Counted from the stretch's first letter, positions 45,182 to 54,294 are shown. The stretch is 60,870 nt of DNA from a virus (IMGVR_UViG_3300045119_000559:1-60870), one strand, 5' to 3'. The notes: generated by a model not told the origin, from the letters alone. Translations and numbers: made by a program.

Positions 45182-45351
45182 GCGCCCCGCAACGTAATGT
45201 ACCAATACCAGTACGCATCATCATGCCACCACAGCGCGATCACCAGCACGCGCCCGCGATACGGCGGCGCGTTGCCGAATGCGCGCACGCGCACATAGTT
45301 GTTCGCCCAGATGGCCGCAATGCGTGCGGCAAGCGTGGTTTTCATGTGCAT
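45178..45351 (-). CDS. small aromatic-rich hypothetical protein
   Basis: RBS GGGAG; own promoter. Confidence 0.5.
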   Translation of the reverse strand: MHMKTTLAARIAAIWANNYVRVRAFGNAPPYRGRVLVIALWWHDDAYWYWYITLRGA

Positions 45352-45378
45352 GACGTGTGCTCCCGATTTGATGTACAC

Positions 45379-45407
45379 ATAGTAGCACATGCAGGCGCAT
45401 GTGTCAA
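45379..45407 (-). promoter_or_regulatory. sigma70-type promoter with palindromic operator-like spacer
   Basis: TTGACA-CATGCGCCTGCATGTGC-TACTAT. Confidence 0.75.
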
Positions 45408-45447
45408 GCGGGCGATGCAAACAATCCGCTCGCATCGCCCCGTCGCA

Positions 45448-45633
45448 TCATTCGGGCAATTTCACCGGCGCGAGCGTAATGGGCGCGCGTTTACGGTTGC
45501 CACGATTGGCGAGCCGTCGCCGCAATGTTTGCGGCCCAAACACGCGCGGCAAATTGCGCACGACAACTCGCGACCACGCATGCACGGGGCCAATTTGATC
45601 CAACCCCGCACGTCGCCGCGTGCGCCGCATCAC
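45448..45633 (-). CDS. small Arg-rich hypothetical protein
   Basis: Start overlaps the upstream stop. Confidence 0.4.
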   Translation of the reverse strand: MMRRTRRRAGLDQIGPVHAWSRVVVRNLPRVFGPQTLRRRLANRGNRKRAPITLAPVKLPE

Positions 45634-45944
45634 AACGGCTCGCACGAATGCCCGATACCATCGGTGCATTCCACAACGCACGACGAGCCGTCAATGAACG
45701 CGACCGTCGCGACGTACAACGTCGCGGGCGCAACATCACCGGCCCGCACCGCATCGGCTTCCCTCATATGCACCACATGCGCCTCGTCACGGTACAATAT
45801 ACCAATAACATCGAACAGGTTTTCCACGTTTGTTCGATGCGTCTTGACATACGCCGCGCACGCCCGTGCAACGCCCGTATGCGACGAGTCTGTATCGCCC
45901 CACAGCACGGACATAACATCCGCGCACAGTTCGGCCATGGTCAT
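45630..45944 (-). CDS. hypothetical protein
   Basis: RBS AAAGGA before MTMAEL. Confidence 0.55.
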   Translation of the reverse strand: MTMAELCADVMSVLWGDTDSSHTGVARACAAYVKTHRTNVENLFDVIGILYRDEAHVVHMREADAVRAGDVAPATLYVATVAFIDGSSCVVECTDGIGHSCEPL

Positions 45945-46021
45945 CTTGGATGGTCCTTTCATCGGGCACGCTCGCGCGGTCCCATTACGCATGGTGGCAT
46001 TGTTGCCCACATGACGCGCGT

Positions 46022-46050
46022 AGGATAGCACAACGCCGCGCATGTGTCAA
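46022..46050 (-). promoter_or_regulatory. sigma70-type promoter (leftward member of divergent pair)
   Basis: TTGACA-N17-TATCCT. Confidence 0.7.
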
Positions 46051-46107
46051 CCCACATTATCGCCCCACGATATCACAATTTCGTGATCGACTTTCCGCAC
46101 AATGCCA

Positions 46108-46136
46108 TTGCAATCCAAGCTGGTCCGTGCTATACA
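46108..46136 (+). promoter_or_regulatory. sigma70-type promoter (rightward member of divergent pair)
   Basis: TTGCAA-N17-TATACA. Confidence 0.55.
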
Positions 46137-46193
46137 TCACGGTGTCGGGCGCAGCCAATGCGCCGCACCATCAACCCAAAAGGACGCCACACC

Positions 46194-46742
46194 ATGGACC
46201 CCAATACCAACCCCGAACCGACTGCGACCAGTACACTGTCGTATGGTCGCTGGAGCACAGATGCCAATCACCTTCCGCCGAAGGCTGTTGCGTACCTGTT
46301 GGCGAACGGCTTCACACAGAGCATGACCGATGCGGCTGCGTTCACCAAGGAGCAGAAGGCCAACGCACACGAGGCGTTCGCGAAGGCCCACGGCGTCGAG
46401 GTGGCGTCGCTCAGCGAGGCCGACAAGGAGTCCGCCGTCGCGGCCCTCGCGGACGAAAAGCGCGAAGCCCGGTTTCAGGCCATCCTGAAGGGCGAAGTCG
46501 GCACCCGCGTAGGCGGACCGCGCCTGCCGCAAATCGACCGCGTGATGCGCGAAGTGGCGGAAGAGACGGTGCGAGCGATTGCGACTGCGCGCAACGTCGC
46601 GATGCCCAAGGGCGATGTCCTGAAGGCCGCGATTGAGAAGGTCCTGGCGCGCAATCCCGACGAAATCCGGGCGAAGGCCCAGGAGCGCATCGACAGCGCC
46701 AAGGCCCTCGCGGAAGGCGCGGACGACTTGTTCGCGGCTTAG
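46194..46742 (+). CDS. early helical protein
   Basis: RBS AAAGGA; strongly biased codons; C-terminal half resembles 54421-54942. Confidence 0.75.
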   Translation: MDPNTNPEPTATSTLSYGRWSTDANHLPPKAVAYLLANGFTQSMTDAAAFTKEQKANAHEAFAKAHGVEVASLSEADKESAVAALADEKREARFQAILKGEVGTRVGGPRLPQIDRVMREVAEETVRAIATARNVAMPKGDVLKAAIEKVLARNPDEIRAKAQERIDSAKALAEGADDLFAA

Positions 46743-46768
46743 CGGCCAGCCTCGATGCCACGGCGAGC

Positions 46769-46791
46769 GGGCAGCGCAAATGCTGCCCTTT
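46769..46791 (+). terminator. intrinsic terminator-like hairpin
   Basis: GGGCAGCG-CAAA-TGCTGCCC-TTT. Confidence 0.5.
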
Positions 46792-46901
46792 CGCGCTTGC
46801 GCGCAGCACGGCCCTTAGCCGTGTTCTGGTCACACGACGCGCGCCGCGCCTACGGCGCAGCCCATTCACGCATTTGTGATGCCAGCGCGCGCACATTTCG
46901 G

Positions 46902-46930
46902 TTGACACATAGGCGCGCATGTGCTACTAT
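46902..46930 (+). promoter_or_regulatory. sigma70-type promoter
   Basis: TTGACA-CATAGGCGCGCATGTGC-TACTAT. Confidence 0.75.
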
Positions 46931-47070
46931 CCGCGCATAGACATGGAGGGCGCCAACGGCGCCAGCATCGAGGGGGAACCCAATGCCTGTACGGCGGCGC
47001 GTTCGCGGCGCACAGCACCGATGCCGATGGCGGCGACAATGATCCAGGCTAATAGGAGGGCCACCGCTGC

Positions 47071-47544
47071 ATGCCCATAACCCAGGACCGCATCCTAGCC
47101 CTCTGCGACGCAGCGCAAGCGGCGTACTCGAAGCTCGAGGCGCTCAGCGCATGCGTCGCGGCATCGGCAGCGGCCGAGAATAGCGAGGATGCCCTCGCGG
47201 GCCTTGCCGCCGTGATGCACCTCTATGCCCTGGAACCCCGCCACATTGCGACGCTCATCCGCGAGCGGACGCATTTCGAGATGCATCGCCACCGCAACGC
47301 CCGCAACGCCGCGCGCATGCGCAAGGTGCGCCACGCGCCACGCGATGGCGACGAGGAATACTTCCGCCCGGCGCCACCAGCACCCGACGCCGGCGCCATC
47401 GCAGCAGAAATGCTCGCCGATGGCAGCGCGGCGGCACTATTCGCGGACATACACGCGGCCGCACGCGTCGCGCCCGCCATCGGCACCGACGGCACCGCCG
47501 ACGGCCCGTTGCAAATAGTTATTGACACGGCCCACGGTGTGTGA
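47071..47544 (+). CDS. hypothetical protein
   Basis: RBS AGGAGG. Confidence 0.6.
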   Translation: MPITQDRILALCDAAQAAYSKLEALSACVAASAAAENSEDALAGLAAVMHLYALEPRHIATLIRERTHFEMHRHRNARNAARMRKVRHAPRDGDEEYFRPAPPAPDAGAIAAEMLADGSAAALFADIHAAARVAPAIGTDGTADGPLQIVIDTAHGV

Positions 47545-47550
47545 TACACT
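47522..47550 (+). promoter_or_regulatory. sigma70-type promoter
   Basis: TTGACA-N17-TACACT. Confidence 0.75.
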
Positions 47551-47556
47551 ACGCAA

Positions 47557-47730
47557 ATGATGAACCGTCCGACACGTCGCGCCATGCATGCACATGCCGC
47601 GCAACGCGCGGCGCAATGGCAGGCACACTTCCCCTTGCTCACAACCGACATCGGTGCACCGAGCAACAGTGGGCAATTGTGCAATCGCGCATTGCGTGCA
47701 TGCATGGCGCGACGTGTCGCGCGGGCGGAT
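47557..47730 (+). ncRNA. candidate structured small RNA / long leader
   Basis: Perfect 24-bp inverted repeat (47570-47593 / 47696-47719) enclosing several hairpins, starting just after the promoter. Confidence 0.45.
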
Positions 47731-47864
47731 CGGGCATAGTATAGCGTCCCGAAACCCGTCCGCCGATGGCGGCAGGGCCTCGCCAGCCCCGAGCCCTGCC
47801 GCCACTACCTCGCCAGGGGCTGTCGGGCGGCATTCGCCGCCGCAACGCAGAGGGCTGCTGCATC

Positions 47865-48611
47865 ATGACCAACACCACCGCATCGCGCGACTCCATAGTG
47901 GATCGCATTCGCAAACTGGCGAAATTCACCACCGCCAACGGTTGCACGGAGGCCGAGGCCGGCCTAGCGGCGGCGAAAGTCGCCGCGCTTATCGCCGAGT
48001 ATGACGTTACGCAAGACGAACTGTCCTTGCGCCGCGACGACACAGGCTGCATCACCGACGACTACACCGAACTGAATGCCACCATCAGCGATTGGGCTGA
48101 GTGCTGCGCCGACATCGCGGCGCTGTACGGCACGCGCGGGTGGTTCAAGCAGGGCAGTGAGGATGCCCTCGGCCTGGGCTTCGAAACCCCCACGGTACGC
48201 ATAAAGTATTTCGGCCTCCCTTCGGACGTAGCGGCATGCCTGGCGACAAGCGCCCTCATCTGCGTCGCCGTGAATACCGAGGCCGTCGCGTTCAAGACGC
48301 GCAGCCCTAACGCGCGCCTCGACTTCCGCGGCGGCATGGTGTCGAGGCTGTGCGAGAGGCTCCAGCAAATGCATCGCGAGCGTACCGTAGCGCAACGCAG
48401 CACCGGCACGGCGCTCATCGTGCTGAAGGACCAGCTCGTTACGGAGGAATACGCCAAACTTAACATGCGCCTTCGCGCCCGCTACGGCAGCGCGCCGACG
48501 CGCCAGCGCAATGCCGACGCCTGGGTCGCAGGCCGCAATGCCGGAGCGCGCGTGGACCTCACCGGCAGCGCGAAGATCGCCCAGGCGCCACTGCGCATCG
48601 GGAGGGCATAG
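47865..48611 (+). CDS. DUF2786-like protein
   Basis: RDSIVDRIRKL.....ANGCTEAEA..AAAK...L..EY; F.G..SDV; FRGGMV.RL; GTALIV.K; AGRNAG..VDL. Confidence 0.8.
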   Translation: MTNTTASRDSIVDRIRKLAKFTTANGCTEAEAGLAAAKVAALIAEYDVTQDELSLRRDDTGCITDDYTELNATISDWAECCADIAALYGTRGWFKQGSEDALGLGFETPTVRIKYFGLPSDVAACLATSALICVAVNTEAVAFKTRSPNARLDFRGGMVSRLCERLQQMHRERTVAQRSTGTALIVLKDQLVTEEYAKLNMRLRARYGSAPTRQRNADAWVAGRNAGARVDLTGSAKIAQAPLRIGRA

Positions 48612-48612
48612 C

Positions 48613-48891
48613 ATGAGCACCACCGCCGAAGGCGATATCATCCTGCTCGTCCTGGTGCAAGACCGCCGCATATCGCACAAGTACGCGCTGTCAATGCAGG
48701 GGCTCCAAGCGCGCCCCGAATACGTCGAGCGTATCGAGGACTGCCTCGCGGCATGGCTCGCGCGCGAGCCACGGCGCCGCTTGTTCGCGCAATTCCGAGG
48801 CATGACGCACATCATCGGCGCGCACGTCAGCACGACCCCCGGCCGTGATCTGGTCGCAAGCGCCACACAGGCGGAGGGCCACGCGCAATGA
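48613..48891 (+). CDS. hypothetical protein
   Basis: RBS GGAGG; coupled ORF. Confidence 0.55.
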   Translation: MSTTAEGDIILLVLVQDRRISHKYALSMQGLQARPEYVERIEDCLAAWLAREPRRRLFAQFRGMTHIIGAHVSTTPGRDLVASATQAEGHAQ

Positions 48892-49076
48892 AGATGGTCA
48901 GCACATATCTCGTTGCGCGGCAGGAAACACCCGACTCGTCCAACCCATGGTGGGTTATGCGAGTGGACTACCTTCTCGATGGCTTCTATACCACGAAGCA
49001 TAGCCTAACCATCGGCCCCTTCAAGACCGAGGAAGAAGCCATCGCTGCCAAACGTAGCGCGGAGGGCTTGCCATGA
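48888..49076 (+). CDS. hypothetical protein
   Basis: GPFKTEEEA motif; ATGA coupling. Confidence 0.6.
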   Translation: MKMVSTYLVARQETPDSSNPWWVMRVDYLLDGFYTTKHSLTIGPFKTEEEAIAAKRSAEGLP

Positions 49077-49444
49077 ACCCCGAGCGCGACACGTACCCCG
49101 TGCCGGCGTTCGCCGCCTATGTGTGGCTGGCAGGGGATAGGCTCATGGTCGGCCTCCCGCCAGGGGCGGGCCACGAGCGCGGTCACACGGTGGCGCTGCC
49201 GCTCGCGAAGTGCGAAGTGGAGCGCAGCATCATGGGCGCTGTGCCCGCCCGCGTAGCGGGTTGGGCCACCCTGCTCGACCTGCTGAAGCAACGCGAGCGT
49301 GCCGGCCGCATCGCACCCATCGGCGAGCGCTCGGAGCCCACGCAATACCAACTCGACGCGGTGCTCGCGAACATCACCCGATTTGCGGCCAAGGGCCGCA
49401 AGCCCGCCGCCACCTCGCTCAACGACCTTGGACTGGAGGACTAA
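49073..49444 (+). CDS. hypothetical protein with C-terminal SLNDLGL motif
   Basis: ATGA coupling; RBS GGAGG. Confidence 0.65.
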   Translation: MNPERDTYPVPAFAAYVWLAGDRLMVGLPPGAGHERGHTVALPLAKCEVERSIMGAVPARVAGWATLLDLLKQRERAGRIAPIGERSEPTQYQLDAVLANITRFAAKGRKPAATSLNDLGLED

Positions 49445-49448
49445 CGCA

Positions 49449-49856
49449 ATGGCAAAGTCACAGGTAATGGAAGTCGTCTTGCACGTCAACGCCGCAACGC
49501 TCCCGGCACTCCTGGAGGTCATCGTGCCGCAATGCAAGCTCGTGAGCGTCAGGGCACACGAGGCGCCCGATGATGCCAGCGCGCATGCCAATGCCCTGCA
49601 CCGACAGCCGCGCTTCCACGGCGGCAAGAGCAACAAGGGCATCAGCGCCTCGGCGCTCGTGCTCGAAGTCCTTGCCGACGGCAAGCTGCACACCTACACG
49701 GAGATCACCGAGGCCTTCGCAGCGCGCGACTTCGCACGTAATAGCGCCTCGCCAGCCATCAGCAACTGCGCCGCCGAAGGCACCGTGCGGGCGCTTGGCA
49801 ACGGCATCTACGCCCTCACCGACAGCACAGTCGTCAAAACGGAAGCCACAGCATGA
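49449..49856 (+). CDS. putative winged-helix DNA-binding protein
   Basis: LVLEVLADGK.HTY.EI..AF......NSASPAIS.....G.V..LG.G.Y.L. Confidence 0.6.
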   Translation: MAKSQVMEVVLHVNAATLPALLEVIVPQCKLVSVRAHEAPDDASAHANALHRQPRFHGGKSNKGISASALVLEVLADGKLHTYTEITEAFAARDFARNSASPAISNCAAEGTVRALGNGIYALTDSTVVKTEATA

Positions 49857-50266
49857 CCATCGCCACAGCGCCGCTCGTCGGCATGCACTTCCGTCCGCCT
49901 GCCAAGGCCATCCTCGCCGTCCTTCCCGGCCACACACCGCTGCGCTGCGTGCTGGAGCCCGACAACCCCTACGACGCGAACGCCATCGCGGTGTTCATCG
50001 CCAGGGAGGCCCTGGAGGCCCTGCCCCTCGCGGCACGCGCCGACTTCGAGCGCGAAGGCGAAGGCTACGGCTTCGCGGTATTCACCGCGCTCTTGGAGCG
50101 CGAAGCGTGGCAACTCGGCTATGTGAAGGCCACAGACGCATTGCATCTCGCCCCGCGCATTGGATGCGCCATCGCCGATGCTGGCGAGACCGACGAGCCT
50201 GCATGGCCCGCGCACCTCGCCTTCGATCCCGCCGGCAAGCCCCTCGTGCAGATGGACCTGCCCTAG
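49853..50266 (+). CDS. HIRAN-domain protein
   Basis: LVGMHFR...LEPDNPYDANAIAV...LGYV. Confidence 0.85.
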   Translation: MTIATAPLVGMHFRPPAKAILAVLPGHTPLRCVLEPDNPYDANAIAVFIAREALEALPLAARADFEREGEGYGFAVFTALLEREAWQLGYVKATDALHLAPRIGCAIADAGETDEPAWPAHLAFDPAGKPLVQMDLP

Positions 50267-50320
50267 CGGGCAGCACAAGTGCCGATGCCAATGCTCATAG
50301 CCATCAAGGAGCCACCGCGC

Positions 50321-50761
50321 ATGACCACCAAGCCCAACGGCACGCTGCAAGTAAAGCCAGCACCAGTGCAAGGCATAGCGCCAGCGGCGCCCGGCACCAA
50401 GTCCGCCGAGCCAGACGCCCCGCCACCGGCGCCGCTGGCCATCGCCCCGGAGGACGCTCCTGCGCACCTGCTGCGCTCTGCCATGTCCCGCAGCATCGAG
50501 GACGCGACGCAGTCGGTGCTTGCGGAGATGGAAGGGCTGAAGCAGGAAATAGATGCACTGTGCTCTGATATCCTGCAGCGCGCCGCCCTGGCGAAGGACG
50601 TTCTTAGCGAGCACATGAGCGTTATGGCCGAAGCCGTCGCGTTTCGCCAGCGCGTGAGCGAGCGCCTTGCATCGCTGTCGGACGCCCCGCGCGGGCCGGG
50701 ATGCCGCGTAACGGACGCCACGGGCGCGGGTGTGCCGCAAATCACGCACGATAGGGGTTGA
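50321..50761 (+). CDS. hypothetical coiled-coil protein
   Basis: RBS AAGGAG. Confidence 0.55.
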   Translation: MTTKPNGTLQVKPAPVQGIAPAAPGTKSAEPDAPPPAPLAIAPEDAPAHLLRSAMSRSIEDATQSVLAEMEGLKQEIDALCSDILQRAALAKDVLSEHMSVMAEAVAFRQRVSERLASLSDAPRGPGCRVTDATGAGVPQITHDRG

Positions 50762-50786
50762 CACAACCCACGGCGTGTGCTATACA
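50758..50786 (+). promoter_or_regulatory. sigma70-type promoter
   Basis: TTGACA-N17-TATACA. Confidence 0.65.
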
Positions 50787-50849
50787 CCACCATCGCACCG
50801 CGCGGGCGCATGTGCGCGCCGCCATCGCATAACAGGGGCATCCGCCACT

Positions 50850-52379
50850 ATGCAACACACTCCAACACCGGAACAGCAAGCCATCATCGACGCAGCGCGC
50901 AGCGCGCGCACCTCGCTCATGATCCGGGCATATGCTGGCTGCAGCAAGACCACGGTGCTTGAGATGTGCTCGCGCAGCGCCATCGCCGAGCCGCATCTCT
51001 ACATCGTGTTCAACACCAAGAACCGCAAGGAGGCCGAAGGGCGATTCCCCTCGCACTGCACGGTCAAGACCATCAATAGCATCGGCCATAGCGCCTGGGG
51101 CCGCGCCATCGGCAAGACCCTCGGCAAGCCCGACGACCGGAAGCAGGGCAAAGCGGTGACAGCGGTGTTTAAAGAGGCAGGCTTCCAGGCGACCACGGAG
51201 CAATGGTCCGCTTGCAAGGGCATCGTCACGCTGGCGATGCAGTGCGGGCTTGTCCCGCGGGAGTTCCACCCGCGCAGTCTGGTGCCCGACACTGACGACA
51301 CATGGCGCGACCTCGCCACCGAGGCTGTCGCCAATGGCGACAGCGCGGTGCTCGTGGAGTTCGCCAGGAAGGCCCTGGTGCTGAGCATCAAGCAATCTTT
51401 CGAGGGCAACATTTCCTTCGACGATCAGATTTATATGTCTGTTTGCTTCAACGGAGTATTCCCGCGCTTCAGCACCGTCATGGTGGACGAAGCACAAGAT
51501 CAATCCGTGCTGAATATCGAGATGATCCGCCGTTGCTGCGCGGATCGCCTTATCGTTGTGGGCGATCAAATGCAAGCTTGCTACGCATTCCGCGGTGCTG
51601 CGGGCGATGCACTTGACCTATTGCGCGCTCTGCGCCAGGAGTGGATCGACCTGCCCCTCGCCACTACCTTCCGCTGCCCGAAGCGCATCGTGTCGCGCAG
51701 CGCTACGCACGCCATCGGCTTCATCGCATGGCACGCCAATGCCGAGGGCGAGCACCTCGCATGGCCCACCAACGACCAGATCGAGGACCATTGTGGCTGG
51801 AACGCCAGCGACGTAGCGCGGTGCGCCGAAGGCGGTACAGTGGCAGTACTCTGCCGCAACAACGCCCCGCTGCTGGGCCTCGCTTTCAAGCTCCTCGCGG
51901 CGCGCGTGCCGGTGGTAATGCTCGGCCGGGACATCGGCAAGGGCCTCACAGCACTCGCGAAGAAGCTCCTACCAGACAACGCCCTTGGCGCCCCGGAGTG
52001 CGCGCGCAGGATCAACGAGTGGGCAGACAGGGAGGCCGCCTTGGCGGAGGCCAACGACAAACCCTCGCAGGCGGAAAGCGTGCGCGATAGGGCTGAATGC
52101 TTGCTTGCAGTGCTGAATGGTGGCGCCGCCTATGCCGGCGACCTCATCGCCATGCTCACCGACCTGTTCGCCCGCGACAGCGGTCGCGTTACGCTCAGCA
52201 GCATCCACCGGGCGAAGGGCCTTGAGTGGGATACGGTGTTGCATTTGGACCCTTGGAGGATACCCTCGAAGTGGGCGAGAGGGGTGCAACTGGTGCAGGA
52301 GCGAAACTTGAAGTATATCTGCGAGACCCGCACCAAGCATACACTCATCGAGGCCTCGCTAGAGGACTTCGCTGCTTAA
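50850..52379 (+). CDS. UvrD/Rep-family SF1 helicase
   Basis: PTPEQ, AYAGCSKTT, VDEAQD, VGDQMQACYAFRGA, TFRCP, LCRNNAPL, SSIHRAKGLEW, ERNLKYICETR. Confidence 0.9.
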   Translation: MQHTPTPEQQAIIDAARSARTSLMIRAYAGCSKTTVLEMCSRSAIAEPHLYIVFNTKNRKEAEGRFPSHCTVKTINSIGHSAWGRAIGKTLGKPDDRKQGKAVTAVFKEAGFQATTEQWSACKGIVTLAMQCGLVPREFHPRSLVPDTDDTWRDLATEAVANGDSAVLVEFARKALVLSIKQSFEGNISFDDQIYMSVCFNGVFPRFSTVMVDEAQDQSVLNIEMIRRCCADRLIVVGDQMQACYAFRGAAGDALDLLRALRQEWIDLPLATTFRCPKRIVSRSATHAIGFIAWHANAEGEHLAWPTNDQIEDHCGWNASDVARCAEGGTVAVLCRNNAPLLGLAFKLLAARVPVVMLGRDIGKGLTALAKKLLPDNALGAPECARRINEWADREAALAEANDKPSQAESVRDRAECLLAVLNGGAAYAGDLIAMLTDLFARDSGRVTLSSIHRAKGLEWDTVLHLDPWRIPSKWARGVQLVQERNLKYICETRTKHTLIEASLEDFAA

Positions 52380-52404
52380 CCCGGCATAGAGAGGACCCTT
52401 CCCG

Positions 52405-53661
52405 ATGCCCATCACCTTCACCAATCCCGGCACCATCGACCCTCGCCTCATCACGACGCTCGGCGTCAACGTAAAGGACACCGCGAGTGCCATCGGCTAC
52501 TTCGGCACGGGGCTGAAGTACGCCATCGCCACGTTGCTGCGCGAGAAGCAGGCTATCGCCATCCGCAGCGGCGGCGTGGAGTACACCTTCGCCCCGCGCA
52601 CGGAGGAAGTGCGCGGGAAGGCTTTCCAGTTCATCCGCATGCGCGCGGCGGGCGGCCTCGGCGCACCCACCTGCATCGACCTCGGCTTCACCACAGATCT
52701 CGGCCGCAACTGGCAGTTGGAGCAGGCATACAGGGAACTCTGGAGCAACTGCCAGGATGAAGGCGGCACGGTGCTAGAGCACGCGCGGCCGATGCCACCC
52801 GAGGGCCACACAGATATCACAGTCTTTGGCAGCGACTTCGACACCGTCCACCGCCGGCGCTACGCCTTCCTCATCAATCCGGCGCTGCCGGTGCTGTGGT
52901 CCAACGATGCGCTGCAGGTGCTGCCGGGGCAAAACGATCGGCTCTTCTACCGCGGCATCGCTGTGGCGAAGTTGCATGTGCCCGCCGGGCACACCTACAA
53001 CATCCTCGCGCCCCTGCGCCTCACCGAAGACCGCACCGTGGAGTCCGACTGGAGTGCGCAGCAGATCGTCGGGCAGGCGCTCGCGCGGTGCGATGTGCAC
53101 ACAGTGGTGGAGGATGCCTTCGCGCAACCGCATCGGTGGGAGCAAGGCATCTCGTTCTCCTTCATGGATTGCAGCGAGGAGTTTCTCAACATCATCGGCG
53201 ATGTGTACGCGCGGAAGCCACTCGAAGTGTCGAAGGAAGTCGTGCAGCGGTACATGCGCCTGCGCAAAGCGCGCGCGGATCGCACCGCAGTGCCCATGGC
53301 CGAGTGGCAACGCGCGGCGCTCGCCGAGGCGCAAGTGTGGTGCGCAAACGTAGGGTTCCCCGTCGCCGGCTACGACACCATCATGTGCGCCAGCCTCGGC
53401 AAAGACGTGCTGGCGTGTGCCGAACATGGCACCATATACCTCACGCCGGAGTGCTTCCTCGGCGGGGTGTTGCGGCGGGCACTGCTGGAGGAATACGTGC
53501 ACCTTGCACACTCGGTGCCCGACCATTCGCGGGCGATGCAGAACGTCCTGTTCGACCAAATCGTGCGCCTTGGCGAAGCAGTGATCGCTGCGAAAGCGCC
53601 AACCACGAGGCGTATGCCATCGCCACTCGGCAAGGTGCTCAACGACAAGGTGCCCTTCTGA
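52405..53661 (+). CDS. GHKL/HSP90-like ATPase-domain protein
   Basis: TTLGVNVK...AIGYFGTGLKYAIA, W.LEQAYRELWSNCQDEGG; C-terminal LLEEYVH. Confidence 0.65.
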   Translation: MPITFTNPGTIDPRLITTLGVNVKDTASAIGYFGTGLKYAIATLLREKQAIAIRSGGVEYTFAPRTEEVRGKAFQFIRMRAAGGLGAPTCIDLGFTTDLGRNWQLEQAYRELWSNCQDEGGTVLEHARPMPPEGHTDITVFGSDFDTVHRRRYAFLINPALPVLWSNDALQVLPGQNDRLFYRGIAVAKLHVPAGHTYNILAPLRLTEDRTVESDWSAQQIVGQALARCDVHTVVEDAFAQPHRWEQGISFSFMDCSEEFLNIIGDVYARKPLEVSKEVVQRYMRLRKARADRTAVPMAEWQRAALAEAQVWCANVGFPVAGYDTIMCASLGKDVLACAEHGTIYLTPECFLGGVLRRALLEEYVHLAHSVPDHSRAMQNVLFDQIVRLGEAVIAAKAPTTRRMPSPLGKVLNDKVPF

Positions 53662-54026
53662 TGCACCTGCATGCCCCCGAGCGCCCGCGCTACGCCAACG
53701 GTACGCCGTTGCTGGTGCTCGACAGCGGTAAGGCCGTCGGGCCTCACCTCGCGGTGCCCGCGGTGTACGTCACTCCGCTCGAAGGTCTCCCCGACGGGTA
53801 CGAGTTGCAGATGCTCGCACCAGCCGCGACGTACGCCGCCTTCACTTCCTTGCGCATGCCGTGGCATGAGGGCCTCGACAGGTTCTTCGCTTTGTGGCGC
53901 GAGGACCCCGAGGGCGTCCTGTGGCGGGTGTTCAAGTACAAGGTGCAGGCGCAAGGCGCGCGGCCTACGGCCGCAGCAGCACCATTGCGCAAAGTCACCA
54001 CCACACTCGCCGATCTCGGACTCTAA
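53661..54026 (+). CDS. hypothetical protein with C-terminal TLADLGL motif
   Basis: TGATG coupling. Confidence 0.65.
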   Translation: MHLHAPERPRYANGTPLLVLDSGKAVGPHLAVPAVYVTPLEGLPDGYELQMLAPAATYAAFTSLRMPWHEGLDRFFALWREDPEGVLWRVFKYKVQAQGARPTAAAAPLRKVTTTLADLGL

Positions 54027-54051
54027 CCACCAACGCAACGGAGCCACGCCG

Positions 54052-54294
54052 ATGCCGCTGAAAATCACCGCCACCCTGCATATCGAGCAGATCCTCGACC
54101 TCGCCGACTACGCCGACGCGATCCTCGATGCTCACAATGAGGACCTCGAAGATGAAGATCAGGTCGCCTCAATTGACGACCTCAGCACTGGCGATGTGAA
54201 GAGTGCACTGCAGAAGCTCCTTGACGATGACTTCGACATCTTCGATTGGGATATCGACTCGGACAAAGTCACCATCAAAGTCACGAACGCTTAG
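54052..54294 (+). CDS. small highly acidic protein (possible DNA mimic)
   Basis: 22 D/E against 5 K and 0 R in 80 aa; RBS GGAG. Confidence 0.65.
   Translation: MPLKITATLHIEQILDLADYADAILDAHNEDLEDEDQVASIDDLSTGDVKSALQKLLDDDFDIFDWDIDSDKVTIKVTNA

Noticed and set aside
43860-47550. CRISPR array
   Set aside because: The repeats are degenerate promoter or operator motifs at irregular spacing. The Cas4-like gene sits in a recombination module with no other cas genes.
47557-47756. Hammerhead ribozyme (TGATGA...GAAAC)
   Set aside because: The core reads ATGATGA rather than CTGATGA, and stems I and III cannot be formed.
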